The position numbers and the translations under genes are program-made. A stretch of 64,000 bases of DNA. Source: a virus. Its lineage: Duplodnaviria > Caudoviricetes. The DNA is taken from IMG/VR virus record IMGVR_UViG_3300043395_004688, one strand, 5' to 3'. Of the stretch, positions 18,679 to 28,272 are shown piece after piece (the first letter of the stretch is position 1; every line of letters begins with the position of its first letter). A model generated the notes under the pieces. The model was not told the origin of the DNA. It ran no database searches and was given only the letters and a program-made list of their open reading frames with translations.

Positions 18679-19013
18679 AACTAAATCAACATGACATTGG
18701 CGGTGAAGTTGTTAAGAGCAACGAGACCTATGTGCTCAAAGACAATCGCACTTTAAAAAATCTAGTATTGAGTAGCACTCTTCTATATCGAGGACAGCAG
18801 ACTCGCGGACACCGACACAGCGGCCAAGAAGAAGTGTACTTCTTTGTCCAAGGCAACGGTAAAATGATTGTCGGTGACGAAACCAGTGAACCCTTTATCG
18901 TCAATGCAGGAGATGTTGTACTAATTCCAGATGGTGCTTTTCATCGCGTAATTAACGATGGTGAAATGCACATGATGTTTAATTGTGTCTTTGACGGAAA
19001 GCGTAATCACTAA
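18675..19013 (+). CDS. Cupin-domain protein
   Basis: GHRHSGQEEVYFFVQGNG ... GDVVLIPDGAFHRVIN. Confidence 0.85.
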   Translation: MKLNQHDIGGEVVKSNETYVLKDNRTLKNLVLSSTLLYRGQQTRGHRHSGQEEVYFFVQGNGKMIVGDETSEPFIVNAGDVVLIPDGAFHRVINDGEMHMMFNCVFDGKRNH

Positions 19014-19453
19014 TGAAAGTAGGTTTTACTTGTTCAACCTTTGACCTCTTACATGCAGGTCATGTAGCAATGTTACAAGAAGCAAAAACTCAATGCGACT
19101 ATTTGATTGTAGGTCTACAAAACGACCCAACCCTTGATCGCCCTAGCAAAAATAAGCCTGTACAAAGCATTGTTGAACGGCAGATGCAGTTGCGAGGAAG
19201 TAAATATGTTGATGAGGTTTGGATCTATAACACAGAAAAAGACCTCGAAGATTTACTTTTAACCTTACCACTTAATGTGCGTATCTTGGGCGTTGAGTAT
19301 GAGGGTAAAGAATTTACCGGACGAGAAATTTGTCATAAACGAAATATTGACTTGTATTTTAACAAACGCGATCACAGCTTTAGTTCAAGCAGTCTAAGAA
19401 GGCGAGTGTATGAAGCTGAAGTTGCCAAGGAATGGATAAATGAAAATCAGTGA
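19013..19453 (+). CDS. Cytidylyltransferase (TagD-like)
   Basis: CSTFDLLHAGH, YLIVGL, RDHSFSSSSLR. Confidence 0.85.
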   Translation: MKVGFTCSTFDLLHAGHVAMLQEAKTQCDYLIVGLQNDPTLDRPSKNKPVQSIVERQMQLRGSKYVDEVWIYNTEKDLEDLLLTLPLNVRILGVEYEGKEFTGREICHKRNIDLYFNKRDHSFSSSSLRRRVYEAEVAKEWINENQ

Positions 19454-19871
19454 TTTAAAAGAAAATGTAAATGATGCATGGTTTGAAACTGGCAGCTTCA
19501 AGACTTTTAAAAAGCCTGCACAAGAAAAATATGAAGTTGCACAACAGGCAGGAACTGTTGACACTTTAGAAGGACCTGTTCGCTATGAAGCTGGTCATTA
19601 TATTATGACTGGTCCCAAGGGAGAAAAATATCCTATTACTCCTGAAAAGTTTGCAGATCTCAAAGATGATTTTGGAAATGGCATTGCTAGCCCCAAGAAG
19701 ATAATGAAGGTAGCCAAGCTTGCTGACCATGATGGTGTGTTGCACACCTCCTGGGGCGACTTGAATTACACCGCTGGCAATGACTATATTGTTCGTCATG
19801 GTCCAAACGACTACGGCGCCGTGAAGAAAGATATCTTCATGCAAACCTATGATACTTCAGGAATTAACTAA
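19440..19871 (+). CDS. PGDYG-like protein with an internal duplication
   Basis: TLEGPVRYEAGHYIMTGPKGEKYPI and TSWGDLNYTAGNDYIVRHGPNDYGAV are two similar halves. Confidence 0.6.
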   Translation: MKISDLKENVNDAWFETGSFKTFKKPAQEKYEVAQQAGTVDTLEGPVRYEAGHYIMTGPKGEKYPITPEKFADLKDDFGNGIASPKKIMKVAKLADHDGVLHTSWGDLNYTAGNDYIVRHGPNDYGAVKKDIFMQTYDTSGIN

Positions 19872-20119
19872 TGGAAGTTGTAATTTACAGCAAGGACAAT
19901 TGTCCATACTGCGATATGGCCAAGAACTGGTTCAAACGAAAGAACCTTACTTTTACTGAACACAAAATTGGAACCAATGGTTTTACTAGAGAAATGCTAT
20001 TAGAAGCTGTACCAACGGCAAGAACCGTTCCTCAAATCATCGTTGATGGTGAATTAATTGGTGGCTGGACTGATTTGTGTCAAAGCAAGTTGTATGCCCA
20101 GTACAGTAATTCAAACTGA
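19871..20119 (+). CDS. Glutaredoxin
   Basis: CPYC active site, TVPQI, IGG. Confidence 0.92.
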   Translation: MEVVIYSKDNCPYCDMAKNWFKRKNLTFTEHKIGTNGFTREMLLEAVPTARTVPQIIVDGELIGGWTDLCQSKLYAQYSNSN

Positions 20120-20384
20120 GTATCGGTTAAAAACAGTACTGCCCTTGGAACAAGTGCCTGACCTAAGAAGTTGGCTACAAAATAACCTCGGGCATTCCTC
20201 AACAGCATGGAAGATTGAAACGCACAGTGGATCTTTTTTTAACTGGCGAGGAATTGCAGGTGCTGTTAAATCTAAAAATCCCGAAACTAAATTGCCAGTT
20301 ACTGTAATTGTAACGGTATATGAATTTAAACATTTGCTGATCTTTGCTAAGTCCTGGGAAACCGAGCTATTGCTAGAAGAGTAA
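20094..20384 (+). CDS. Probable dispersed member of the small paralogue family
   Basis: SWLQNNLG ... VIVTVYEFKHLLIFAKSW. Confidence 0.55.
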   Translation: MPSTVIQTEYRLKTVLPLEQVPDLRSWLQNNLGHSSTAWKIETHSGSFFNWRGIAGAVKSKNPETKLPVTVIVTVYEFKHLLIFAKSWETELLLEE

Positions 20385-20402
20385 GATTTTGCTATAATAT
20401 AG

Positions 20403-20410
20403 TATAAATA
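20403..20410 (+). promoter_or_regulatory. T4-type late promoter TATAAATA upstream of folE
   Basis: Exact T4 late consensus, followed by hairpin tgctac/gtagca (20415-20432) and AAGGAAGG RBS. Confidence 0.7.
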
Positions 20411-20468
20411 ACTGTGCTACACAAAGGTAGCAACATTTCAAAATTAATCCGCGTAAGGAAGGAACCCT

Positions 20469-21152
20469 ATGTCATATAACAAAACAAAAACCGATCCCGC
20501 CTTGGGACAACTTGTACACGAGCACTTGGTCAAGTGTGGTGTAGAAACTCCAGTAAATCAGAACAGCCTAGACCGTAAAGAAAAGATTGATCTCATTGAG
20601 AGCCACTTTACCAAGATCATGCAGACTCTTGGATTAGATCTCAGCGATGACAGCCTCATCGAAACACCCAAGCGTGTGGCCAAGATGTATGTCAACGAAA
20701 TCTTCTGGGGCCTTGACTATGATGCATTTCCTAAATGCACCACAGTTGACAACAAGATGAAATACGACGAAATGGTTGTCGAGCGTAATGTCAATGTACA
20801 AAGCAACTGCGAACATCACTTTGTGGTAATTGATGGTGTGGCCACTGTTGCTTACATTCCCAAGCAAAAGGTTCTAGGACTTAGCAAGATCAACCGCGTA
20901 GTTGAATACTTTGCCAAGCGTCCACAGATCCAAGAACGCCTCACCGAGCAGGTCTATCACGCACTACAATACATTTTAGAAACCGACGACATTGCCGTAG
21001 TCGTAGATGCCCAGCATTACTGCGTTAAGAGTCGCGGTGTCGAAGATGTTGGTTCATCTACAGTAACCAGCAAACTTGGTGGTGTGTTTAAGTCTGATCC
21101 AAGCGTTCGCTTAGAGTTTATGAACATCGTTAATAACTGTAAAAGAGGGTAA
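20469..21152 (+). CDS. folE: GTP cyclohydrolase I
   Basis: ETPKRVAKMY, SNCEHHF, GLSKINR, RPQIQERLT, HYCVKSRG. Confidence 0.96.
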   Translation: MSYNKTKTDPALGQLVHEHLVKCGVETPVNQNSLDRKEKIDLIESHFTKIMQTLGLDLSDDSLIETPKRVAKMYVNEIFWGLDYDAFPKCTTVDNKMKYDEMVVERNVNVQSNCEHHFVVIDGVATVAYIPKQKVLGLSKINRVVEYFAKRPQIQERLTEQVYHALQYILETDDIAVVVDAQHYCVKSRGVEDVGSSTVTSKLGGVFKSDPSVRLEFMNIVNNCKRG

Positions 21153-21153
21153 A

Positions 21154-21669
21154 GTGAGTGACAAGAAAGATCAAAGTTATAACACCGATGACATAAACAT
21201 TGGTTGGGAATCGCCTTGCCCGTCTCAAGACTATATTGTTCAAGGCGACTACTGCAATATGGGCATGCCAAGTGCCTCTGTTACTGCAACCACTACTAGC
21301 CTTGACATATCAAACATGGGCGCCGCAGGGTCTGTTTATGCCATAGACACTACCGACACCATTGACCTTAGCAGTATCACCATTGGCAGCGGCGGTAATA
21401 CTACTATCAACAGTAATCCTTATACATTTTCAACTTGGGAAACTAAAAACACTTTGAATGGTGTTGAGGAAATACACACCAAGTCCGGTAAGAAGATTGA
21501 TGTTGATGAACTGGCTGAAGTTGTTGAAACTATCAAAAAGCGGTTGCTGATACTAACACCAAACTTTGAAATGCATGAAAAATATCCAATGCTCAAAGAA
21601 CTCTATGAAGAATACAAGGCATTGGAAAAGCTTTTAGGCGGTCCAGACAACGAGGAAAATAATGGTTAA
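21154..21669 (+). CDS. Hypothetical protein with an S/T-rich middle
   Basis: Low-complexity S/T/G centre; C-terminal LTPNFEMHEKYPMLKELYEEY. Confidence 0.6.
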   Translation: MSDKKDQSYNTDDINIGWESPCPSQDYIVQGDYCNMGMPSASVTATTTSLDISNMGAAGSVYAIDTTDTIDLSSITIGSGGNTTINSNPYTFSTWETKNTLNGVEEIHTKSGKKIDVDELAEVVETIKKRLLILTPNFEMHEKYPMLKELYEEYKALEKLLGGPDNEENNG

Positions 21670-22162
21670 ACAATCACTGTCTTGGAATGAAGTTACCTGT
21701 TTGGTTAATGATTTAGCTAGACAGGTTTCTTTATCAAACTGGAAACCTGATTACATTGTAGGACTGGTTCGTGGTGGATGTGTTCCTGCTGTTATGCTCA
21801 GTCACTACCTTAATGTTCCTTGCGAATCATTGAAGGTAAGTCTGCGCGATGGAGGCAGTTGCGAAAGCAACCTATGGATGGCTGAAGATGCATACGAGGG
21901 GAAAAATATCTTGGTAGTTGACGATATCAATGATTCGGGTGCTACCATTAACTGGATCAAGCAAGATTGGCCCAGTGGTTGTTTTCCAGATGATGAAAAG
22001 TGGATCAATGTTTGGGAAAACAATGTGAAATTTGCTGTATTGGTTGACAACTCTGCCAGCGAAGCGTATAGTAACTTCTGCGGCATGACTGTTAACAAGG
22101 CCGAAAATGATGTTTGGATTGATTTTCCTTGGGAATCTTTTTGGAATAGGAACACACAATGA
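21662..22162 (+). CDS. Purine phosphoribosyltransferase (type I PRTase)
   Basis: IVGLVRGG, PRPP loop ILVVDDINDSGAT, WIDFPWE. Confidence 0.88.
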   Translation: MVKQSLSWNEVTCLVNDLARQVSLSNWKPDYIVGLVRGGCVPAVMLSHYLNVPCESLKVSLRDGGSCESNLWMAEDAYEGKNILVVDDINDSGATINWIKQDWPSGCFPDDEKWINVWENNVKFAVLVDNSASEAYSNFCGMTVNKAENDVWIDFPWESFWNRNTQ

Positions 22163-22569
22163 AAGTAGGATTTAGTCTGGGTCGGTGTGTGCGAGATATT
22201 GTCAAAGGTCTAGTTGACATTGAAGATGTAGTTGTTGTCATTGCAGGTACTCGTATTGAGACCCAGGAGCAACTGGCCAGAGTGATTACCGAATATATGT
22301 ATCGACACGACTACCTTGCCGGACTTGATGAAGCCCAGTGTCAAGGAGTTGCTAGTGTGCTTTGGACTGAAGGTAAGGTTCATCAATCGCGACTAAGTGG
22401 ACATTATGCTAGACGCATTAACGAAGAAAGTGTTTGGGCGGATCTTGTGCCAACAGGAGGATTCAATAATCCCATGGTACAGGATGCATGGAACGAATAT
22501 CGAGGAACTCTTTCCATCACAGAAAGTGCGCCCGAAAAAGAAGATGTTGCCAATAATTGGAGATTATAA
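22159..22569 (+). CDS. Hypothetical protein
   Basis: ATGA overlap; [14 protein letters not shown] start. Confidence 0.6.
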   Translation: MKVGFSLGRCVRDIVKGLVDIEDVVVVIAGTRIETQEQLARVITEYMYRHDYLAGLDEAQCQGVASVLWTEGKVHQSRLSGHYARRINEESVWADLVPTGGFNNPMVQDAWNEYRGTLSITESAPEKEDVANNWRL

Positions 22570-22895
22570 TGACCTATGTTGTAACCGAGTCATGTATTAA
22601 ATGCAAGTTTACAGATTGTGTAGAAGTATGTCCTGTTGACTGTTTTTATGAAGGACCAAATTTTTTAGTTATCAATCCCGACGAGTGTATTGATTGCGGA
22701 GTGTGTGTTCCGGAATGCCCTGTTGAAGCTATTGTTGCTGATAACGACATCAGTGAAGAACAGAAGCCTTTCATTGAAATCAACAAGCGGCTGAGCTATG
22801 TTGGTTGGCCGGTTATTACCAAGCGCAAGGAAGCGTTGCCTAGTGCCGACGAGTTTAAAGACATCAAGAGCAAAAGGCACTTGCTCGAGGAATGA
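22569..22895 (+). CDS. fdxA: 7Fe (FdxA-type) ferredoxin
   Basis: [21 protein letters not shown] ... [12 protein letters not shown]. Confidence 0.92.
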   Translation: MTYVVTESCIKCKFTDCVEVCPVDCFYEGPNFLVINPDECIDCGVCVPECPVEAIVADNDISEEQKPFIEINKRLSYVGWPVITKRKEALPSADEFKDIKSKRHLLEE

Positions 22896-23656
22896 TAGAT
22901 TTTGCCAGCCTTATCAATCTAGATGATTGTGCTACTTTAGCCAAGAAATATTCTGGTGTAGTAGCATTGCCATTGGCGTTGCCAAAATTTACTTGGGACT
23001 CTGAAAAAGAGTTCTGGCGCATTTGGAATACGGATAATGCTGGTGTTACAAGGCAGCACATTGATCGTGGGGCACAAGGCAGATCGGCACCTCGAACTGA
23101 TCTAGTGCAATGGGATGGACTGGCCTTGTATGAGGACCATACACTTTTAGATAAGGCTGCATGGCTCACTAAGGTTTCGCAAGAACTGAGAGAGACCCAG
23201 CCTCAATTTTTGAACTCAATTTTTGATCTTATGCCATTTAGTCGCATACGATCTGTTAGACTATGGAGTGCTAACAAACCAATTCCAGCGCACTATGATG
23301 GCAATATGCCTGCGTCGCTTGATGGTAAATTACAGTTTCCTGCTGAAATAAGAATCATGCTACACGATGCTAATACAACAGAAACTTTCTGGTGCTGTTC
23401 GTCTACCAAGTATCGTCCAGGCCCTGATACTGTTGTTCCTGACAATGATCGCTACTACATTAAATTGCCCACGGACTCAAACACATTTGCGTGGAACAAT
23501 GAAGGATACTTGCACGGTGCAGATTACCATTCTCCGCATAGAAAAATTCTTGCAGTAATTAAAGGTTGGGTTGATACTAGAAGACTAGAAAAATTACTTG
23601 ATCAAAGCATTGAAAAATATCCTTCGCTAATTCTTAGAGAGAAACTAAATGACTAA
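22892..23656 (+). CDS. Putative Fe(II)/2OG dioxygenase-like (double-stranded beta-helix) protein
   Basis: IPAHYDG (HxD) ... [12 protein letters not shown] ... RKILAVI. Confidence 0.55.
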   Translation: MIDFASLINLDDCATLAKKYSGVVALPLALPKFTWDSEKEFWRIWNTDNAGVTRQHIDRGAQGRSAPRTDLVQWDGLALYEDHTLLDKAAWLTKVSQELRETQPQFLNSIFDLMPFSRIRSVRLWSANKPIPAHYDGNMPASLDGKLQFPAEIRIMLHDANTTETFWCCSSTKYRPGPDTVVPDNDRYYIKLPTDSNTFAWNNEGYLHGADYHSPHRKILAVIKGWVDTRRLEKLLDQSIEKYPSLILREKLND

Positions 23657-24434
23657 AATTGTAATTCAAGGTAAAGGTACAGTTGGCCTATCAACTGAAA
23701 TGTTTCTTAAACATTATATCAAAGATGTTGATGTAGTGTTTAATGATCCTTTTAAGGAAATTGCAGTCAGTCAGGATGATTGGTTGACCGCTGACTATGT
23801 TGCTATTTGTGTAAACACAGACCTTGACGAATCATTGCCTTTGCCAGAAAACAATATTAAAAATGTCGTTGAAGCTATTGGCCATGCAATTGGCTGCGGA
23901 TTTGGTGGCCAATTCTTGGTTCGTAGTACCATTGGTGTCGAAGATGCTGTCAAGCTAGTTAAGGAACACGGAACCAAAATAATTATGTGGCCCGAGTATA
24001 TCAGAGAAGCATCATGGCAACTTGATAGTATTGCACCGCGTATGGTTCTACTAGGTGGCGATGCTGAAAACTTTGCCTTGCTGTTTGATGAAAGCTATCA
24101 AGGTCCAGTTATTATCACCGAACCAGTCGAGGCCATGCTTGCAAAATTAAGCACCAATGCATTTCTATCAACCAAGGTTATTTTTGCCAATCAAGTAAGA
24201 CAACTTTGCGAAACTTATGGTCTAGACTACGGCCTAGTGAGTCAGCTGTTGGCCAATGAAGGTCGGCTGGGAGAAAGCCATTGGCAAAGTCCTGGGCCTG
24301 ATGGGCGAGCTGGCTTTGGCGGTAAATGCTTTCCTAAAGATATGAAAACCTTTGAGACTGCCTTGATAAAAGCAGGCTTACCCAGTAACATGGCTCAGGC
24401 TGTTTTAGATCTGAACAAACAAATGCGACCTTAA
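23649..24434 (+). CDS. Short UDP-glucose/GDP-mannose dehydrogenase-family protein (no C-terminal domain)
   Basis: GKGTVG, VRSTI, PEYIRE, KLSTNAFL..KVIFAN, GFGGKCFPKD. Confidence 0.8.
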   Translation: MTKIVIQGKGTVGLSTEMFLKHYIKDVDVVFNDPFKEIAVSQDDWLTADYVAICVNTDLDESLPLPENNIKNVVEAIGHAIGCGFGGQFLVRSTIGVEDAVKLVKEHGTKIIMWPEYIREASWQLDSIAPRMVLLGGDAENFALLFDESYQGPVIITEPVEAMLAKLSTNAFLSTKVIFANQVRQLCETYGLDYGLVSQLLANEGRLGESHWQSPGPDGRAGFGGKCFPKDMKTFETALIKAGLPSNMAQAVLDLNKQMRP

Positions 24435-24440
24435 TAGTCG

Positions 24441-24469
24441 TTGACATTTGCTGAGAGTTTTGCTAAACT
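24441..24469 (+). promoter_or_regulatory. Sigma70-type promoter
   Basis: TTGACA-17-TAAACT with TG extension; AGGTG RBS before ATG 24498. Confidence 0.75.
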
Positions 24470-24497
24470 ACTATTAGTTACAAATTTAGGTGATCCA

Positions 24498-25352
24498 ATG
24501 AAGATAAAAGTAGTAAGCGACTTGCATCTAGAGTTCTCAGACATTAACATCAACAACAATGAAGGTTGTGATGTTCTAATTCTCAGCGGCGACATTATGG
24601 TAGCCCAAGATCTGCATGACCACCCCGAAATGGAATATGGCATGTACAGCAATGTAAACCTTGCTGATTTGGGCCGCAGGCAACAAACTGCTCTGCGCTT
24701 TCGCGACTTTCTAAAGCGTTGCAGTTTTCAATTTCCGCATGTTGTATATGTTGCTGGCAACCACGAATTCTATCATGGCAAGTGGAATCAGACCATTGAT
24801 ACTCTACGAATAGAATGCGCTAAGTTTCCTAACATACACTTCTTGGAACGAGATACTGTTACTATCAACGATGTGCTATTTGTTGGTGGCACATTGTGGA
24901 CTGATTGCAACAACAACGATCCACTGACTATGCATGGTCTTCGTGATATGATGAATGATTTTCGCATTGTTCGTGTTGAAGATGCTGGCTATCGGGCTCT
25001 TAAGCCCGCTGACATTGTTGCACGGCACAAGAAGACTCTAGGCTACATTAAACTAGTCTTAGACGAAAACCGAGACAAGACTTGTGTAGTAGTAGGACAC
25101 CATACTCCTAGCTTTCAAAGCTGCCATGAACAGTATGCACATGATCAGATTATGAATGGTGGCTATCACAGTGAACTCAGCGAGTTTATTTTAGATCATC
25201 CGCAGATCAAGCTATGGACACACGGTCATACTCATCATTGTTTTGATTACACTATTGGAAGCACTCGCGTTGTTTGTAATCCGCGAGGCTACCACAACGG
25301 TGGCTATGGCGAAGAAACAGGATGGAGCCCTGAGAAAGTAGTGGAAATTTAA
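24498..25352 (+). CDS. Calcineurin-like metallophosphoesterase
   Basis: SDLHLE, LSGDI, AGNHE, GHH, HGHTH, NPRGY. Confidence 0.92.
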   Translation: MKIKVVSDLHLEFSDININNNEGCDVLILSGDIMVAQDLHDHPEMEYGMYSNVNLADLGRRQQTALRFRDFLKRCSFQFPHVVYVAGNHEFYHGKWNQTIDTLRIECAKFPNIHFLERDTVTINDVLFVGGTLWTDCNNNDPLTMHGLRDMMNDFRIVRVEDAGYRALKPADIVARHKKTLGYIKLVLDENRDKTCVVVGHHTPSFQSCHEQYAHDQIMNGGYHSELSEFILDHPQIKLWTHGHTHHCFDYTIGSTRVVCNPRGYHNGGYGEETGWSPEKVVEI

Positions 25353-25568
25353 ATGCAACCAGTAACACCTCCCGAGTCAATAACAGTATGGGTATTATCT
25401 AGTTTGAGTACCACTGGATCAATGACCATGCATACTCCGTCATCGTACTCTGGAGGTGTTTTTCCAGGATATTTTATTAGGCTTGAAGATGCCCAACAGG
25501 AGCAAATGCTACTGGCTCTCAAAGGACAGAAGTCACATGTATTTCAATTAGATTTTCCAAGGCCATGA
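25353..25568 (+). CDS. Hypothetical protein; C-terminus weakly like the small paralogue family
   Basis: YFIRLEDAQQEQMLLALKG. Confidence 0.5.
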   Translation: MQPVTPPESITVWVLSSLSTTGSMTMHTPSSYSGGVFPGYFIRLEDAQQEQMLLALKGQKSHVFQLDFPRP

Positions 25569-25786
25569 AAACTCGAGAAGAAATTATTACATCCATGTGC
25601 TATACATATCGGCATGATTATGGGCTGACTAAGCGTTCCGATCCTGGTGGTTATAGCTTTCCTTTTGAAGCCGGTATGACATTTGAGGAACAACAGGCGT
25701 TGTGGCGCCAGATGGCACAGATTTTTGACAACGACATTGCTCCGCATATGGAATTCAAAGATGCAACGACCAAAGAGGCCACCTAA
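25565..25786 (+). CDS. Hypothetical protein
   Basis: ATGA overlap with the upstream gene. Confidence 0.6.
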   Translation: MKTREEIITSMCYTYRHDYGLTKRSDPGGYSFPFEAGMTFEEQQALWRQMAQIFDNDIAPHMEFKDATTKEAT

Positions 25787-26027
25787 AAGTGTAGAACCAA
25801 CTGAACTGCATAAAGATTTACTTGACAGAGAGTTTAAAGTAGGTCAGTATGTTGCAGTATCGGACAGCGGGTTATACATTGCAAGAGTAACTAGATTTAC
25901 AGCTAAAATGGTAGAAGTTGAAAAAATTAATAGCAAGTATCGCAGCAAAAGATTAAAGTATGCCAGCGACATGGTAATACTAGATGGCCCAGATGTGTTT
26001 ATGTGGGTGTTAGCAAACGGTTTATAA
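25761..26027 (+). CDS. Hypothetical protein, SH3/KOW-like beta pattern
   Basis: [15 protein letters not shown] ... [14 protein letters not shown]. Confidence 0.55.
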   Translation: MQRPKRPPKSVEPTELHKDLLDREFKVGQYVAVSDSGLYIARVTRFTAKMVEVEKINSKYRSKRLKYASDMVILDGPDVFMWVLANGL

Positions 26028-26028
26028 A

Positions 26029-27048
26029 ATGAGAATCGAAGAAGATATTAAGTTGGACTTTCGTGATGTGCTGATTCGCCCCAAGCGAAGCACACTGGCT
26101 AGTCGCAAGGAAGTAGAACTAAAGCGTACATATACCTTTAAGCACAGCGGCTGGGAGTGGTCTGGTGTTCCTGTTATGGCTGCTAACATGGACGGCGTTG
26201 GAACCACTGCCATGGCTGAAGCGTTGTACGAGCATCGCATGTTTACCTGCTTGGTTAAAAACTACGACGAAGATCAGTTGTTTGATCTAGTTGGCGGTAT
26301 TGGTGGCAATTACTTTGCTGTTAGTACTGGCATTGGCGAAAAAGACTTTGTTAGACTGAGCCGCATCATCAATGCCTATCCAGAGATTCACTTTATTTGT
26401 ATTGATGTTGCCAACGGCTACAGTGAACAGTTTGGCGACTATGTAGCAGATGTTAGAGAAGCGTTCCCTCATTGCACTATCATTGCTGGCAATGTAGTTA
26501 CTGCTGACATGACTCAAGAACTTATTTTGAGAGGAGCAGACATTGTCAAAGTTGGAATCGGACCGGGATCGGTATGTACGACTAGGTTACAAACTGGGGT
26601 TGGCTACCCGCAACTTAGTGCGATCATTGAGTGCGCTGATGCGGCGCATGGGCTTGGTGGACATATCATTGCTGACGGCGGGTGTACTTGCCCAGGCGAT
26701 GTGGCTAAAGCATTTGGTGCAGGCGCAGACTTTGTTATGCTGGGTGGCATGTTAGCCGGACACGACGAAGGTGGTGGCACAGTCGAAGATGGCAAGGTAA
26801 AGTTTTATGGCATGAGTTCAGATACTGCCATGAACAAGCATCACGGTGGTGTTGCCGAGTATCGTAGCAGTGAAGGTAGAACTGTAGAAATTCCTTACCG
26901 CGGTGCTGTCACGCATACTGTGATGGATCTACTTGGAGGCTTGCGTAGCACCTGTACCTATGTTGGTGCACCAACACTCAAGCAGTTGCCCAAATGTACT
27001 ACCTTTATTCGCGTCAACAGACAAATCAACGATGTGTTCCTAAAGTGA
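26029..27048 (+). CDS. guaC: GMP reductase
   Basis: [56 protein letters not shown]. Confidence 0.95.
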   Translation: MRIEEDIKLDFRDVLIRPKRSTLASRKEVELKRTYTFKHSGWEWSGVPVMAANMDGVGTTAMAEALYEHRMFTCLVKNYDEDQLFDLVGGIGGNYFAVSTGIGEKDFVRLSRIINAYPEIHFICIDVANGYSEQFGDYVADVREAFPHCTIIAGNVVTADMTQELILRGADIVKVGIGPGSVCTTRLQTGVGYPQLSAIIECADAAHGLGGHIIADGGCTCPGDVAKAFGAGADFVMLGGMLAGHDEGGGTVEDGKVKFYGMSSDTAMNKHHGGVAEYRSSEGRTVEIPYRGAVTHTVMDLLGGLRSTCTYVGAPTLKQLPKCTTFIRVNRQINDVFLK

Positions 27049-27275
27049 GATACTTTTCTTATAACGAATACGACCCAGATTCACCTAGAGCAGATGACAC
27101 TGGCGGCTATGTGGAAACACTATCCGAAGAAGAGATTCGCGCTAGGTACTGGCCGTATTGGTATAAGAAAATGTGTGAAAAATTTGGTCAAGAGCATGTG
27201 GACAAAAACTACTGCTTCGAAGACTGTTTAGTTGATTGGCAAGTTGTTAACTGGGCATGGGAAGTAACAAAATGA
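27045..27275 (+). CDS. Hypothetical protein
   Basis: GTGA overlap with the guaC stop. Confidence 0.6.
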   Translation: MRYFSYNEYDPDSPRADDTGGYVETLSEEEIRARYWPYWYKKMCEKFGQEHVDKNYCFEDCLVDWQVVNWAWEVTK

Positions 27276-27655
27276 ATCAAGAAATTCTTGGCTATGACCT
27301 TCAAGGTCAACCTATTCATAAAACACCGAAAGGATCTATTGTGACTCAGGCATTTATTCTTTGTTCAATGTGCAGGAAACCTATTAGTAATGTTGGCGGG
27401 CCAAGGCATGGTAGCGAATGTCTTGATTGTCATCCTATTCGTCAGGCATTTGAATCTGAGTGTTATCCTAATTTTAGTCCTGACTCTGCTCACGGGCTTA
27501 GGCGAAAGCCCAATGGCGAATATATTAGCAATGTATTAGAAGATCATTGGCAAACTTTTCAAGAGGGCTGGGAGCAAGCAATGAAACACTTGCAAAATAA
27601 GACCAACTCGTGCTATAGTGATATAGTCAGCACTGGCGGAATGGATCCAAGATGA
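27272..27655 (+). CDS. Hypothetical protein with a CxxC...CxxC zinc-finger-like motif
   Basis: CSMC ... CLDCH. Confidence 0.6.
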   Translation: MNQEILGYDLQGQPIHKTPKGSIVTQAFILCSMCRKPISNVGGPRHGSECLDCHPIRQAFESECYPNFSPDSAHGLRRKPNGEYISNVLEDHWQTFQEGWEQAMKHLQNKTNSCYSDIVSTGGMDPR

Positions 27656-27816
27656 GTAACTTATGGTTTAATATTCGTTTTGGTGTATACCACTGGCAGT
27701 GGGGACCTGATGGCATGACATGGCGTGAAAACCCTGCTCAGATTGAATGGCGTAGCAGAGAACCCGAAACTTGGCGTTGGTTTTGTGTTTATTGTTTATT
27801 TGGAAAACATCTATGA
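27652..27816 (+). CDS. 54-aa Trp-rich protein, not in the ORF track
   Basis: MSNLWFNIRFGVYHWQWGPDGMTWRENPAQIEWRSREPETWRWFCVYCLFGKHL; ATGA overlaps at both ends. Confidence 0.65.
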   Translation: MSNLWFNIRFGVYHWQWGPDGMTWRENPAQIEWRSREPETWRWFCVYCLFGKHL

Positions 27817-27989
27817 ACGAACGAATTAAAAATTTAACGATTGATGAAATGATTGACTGTCTGCATAATCCCACATCAGACAAGCGTAGCCTTGCTGAAC
27901 TGGATACAGTAATTGATGAAATCATTGATCGTAATCCAGAATGGGTTGAACACATCATGAGAATTGTAGAACAAGGCCAAGGAAAGTAA
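27813..27989 (+). CDS. Hypothetical protein
   Basis: ATGA overlap at 27813. Confidence 0.55.
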   Translation: MNERIKNLTIDEMIDCLHNPTSDKRSLAELDTVIDEIIDRNPEWVEHIMRIVEQGQGK

Positions 27990-27993
27990 AAGA

Positions 27994-28272
27994 ATGAATT
28001 CAATGACACGAGAAGAAGAGATCCTAACTGTTCTGCAAGAAGAATGTGCCGAAGTCAGCCAAATGGTGTGTAAGATCCGTAGGTTTGGCATTGACGAGAC
28101 TCACCTCAAGGAAGGCGGATCTAATCGCGAGCGCCTAACCGAAGAAGTAGGGGATTTACAAGCGGCGATAGATCTGTTAAAATTACACAATATAGTCAAT
28201 GAACATGATATCGAACTAGCCAAGCAACGCAAGTTTGAAAAGTTAAAAAGGTGGTCAAAAATCTATGAATGA
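27994..28272 (+). CDS. MazG-like nucleotide pyrophosphohydrolase
   Basis: LQEECAEV ... LTEEVGDL. Confidence 0.8.
   Translation: MNSMTREEEILTVLQEECAEVSQMVCKIRRFGIDETHLKEGGSNRERLTEEVGDLQAAIDLLKLHNIVNEHDIELAKQRKFEKLKRWSKIYE

Noticed and set aside
20411-20468. preQ1 or THF-II riboswitch ahead of folE
   Set aside because: Only a 6-bp hairpin and an A/T-rich linker; it does not fit the consensus of either class as I recall them. Kept only as a 5' hairpin.
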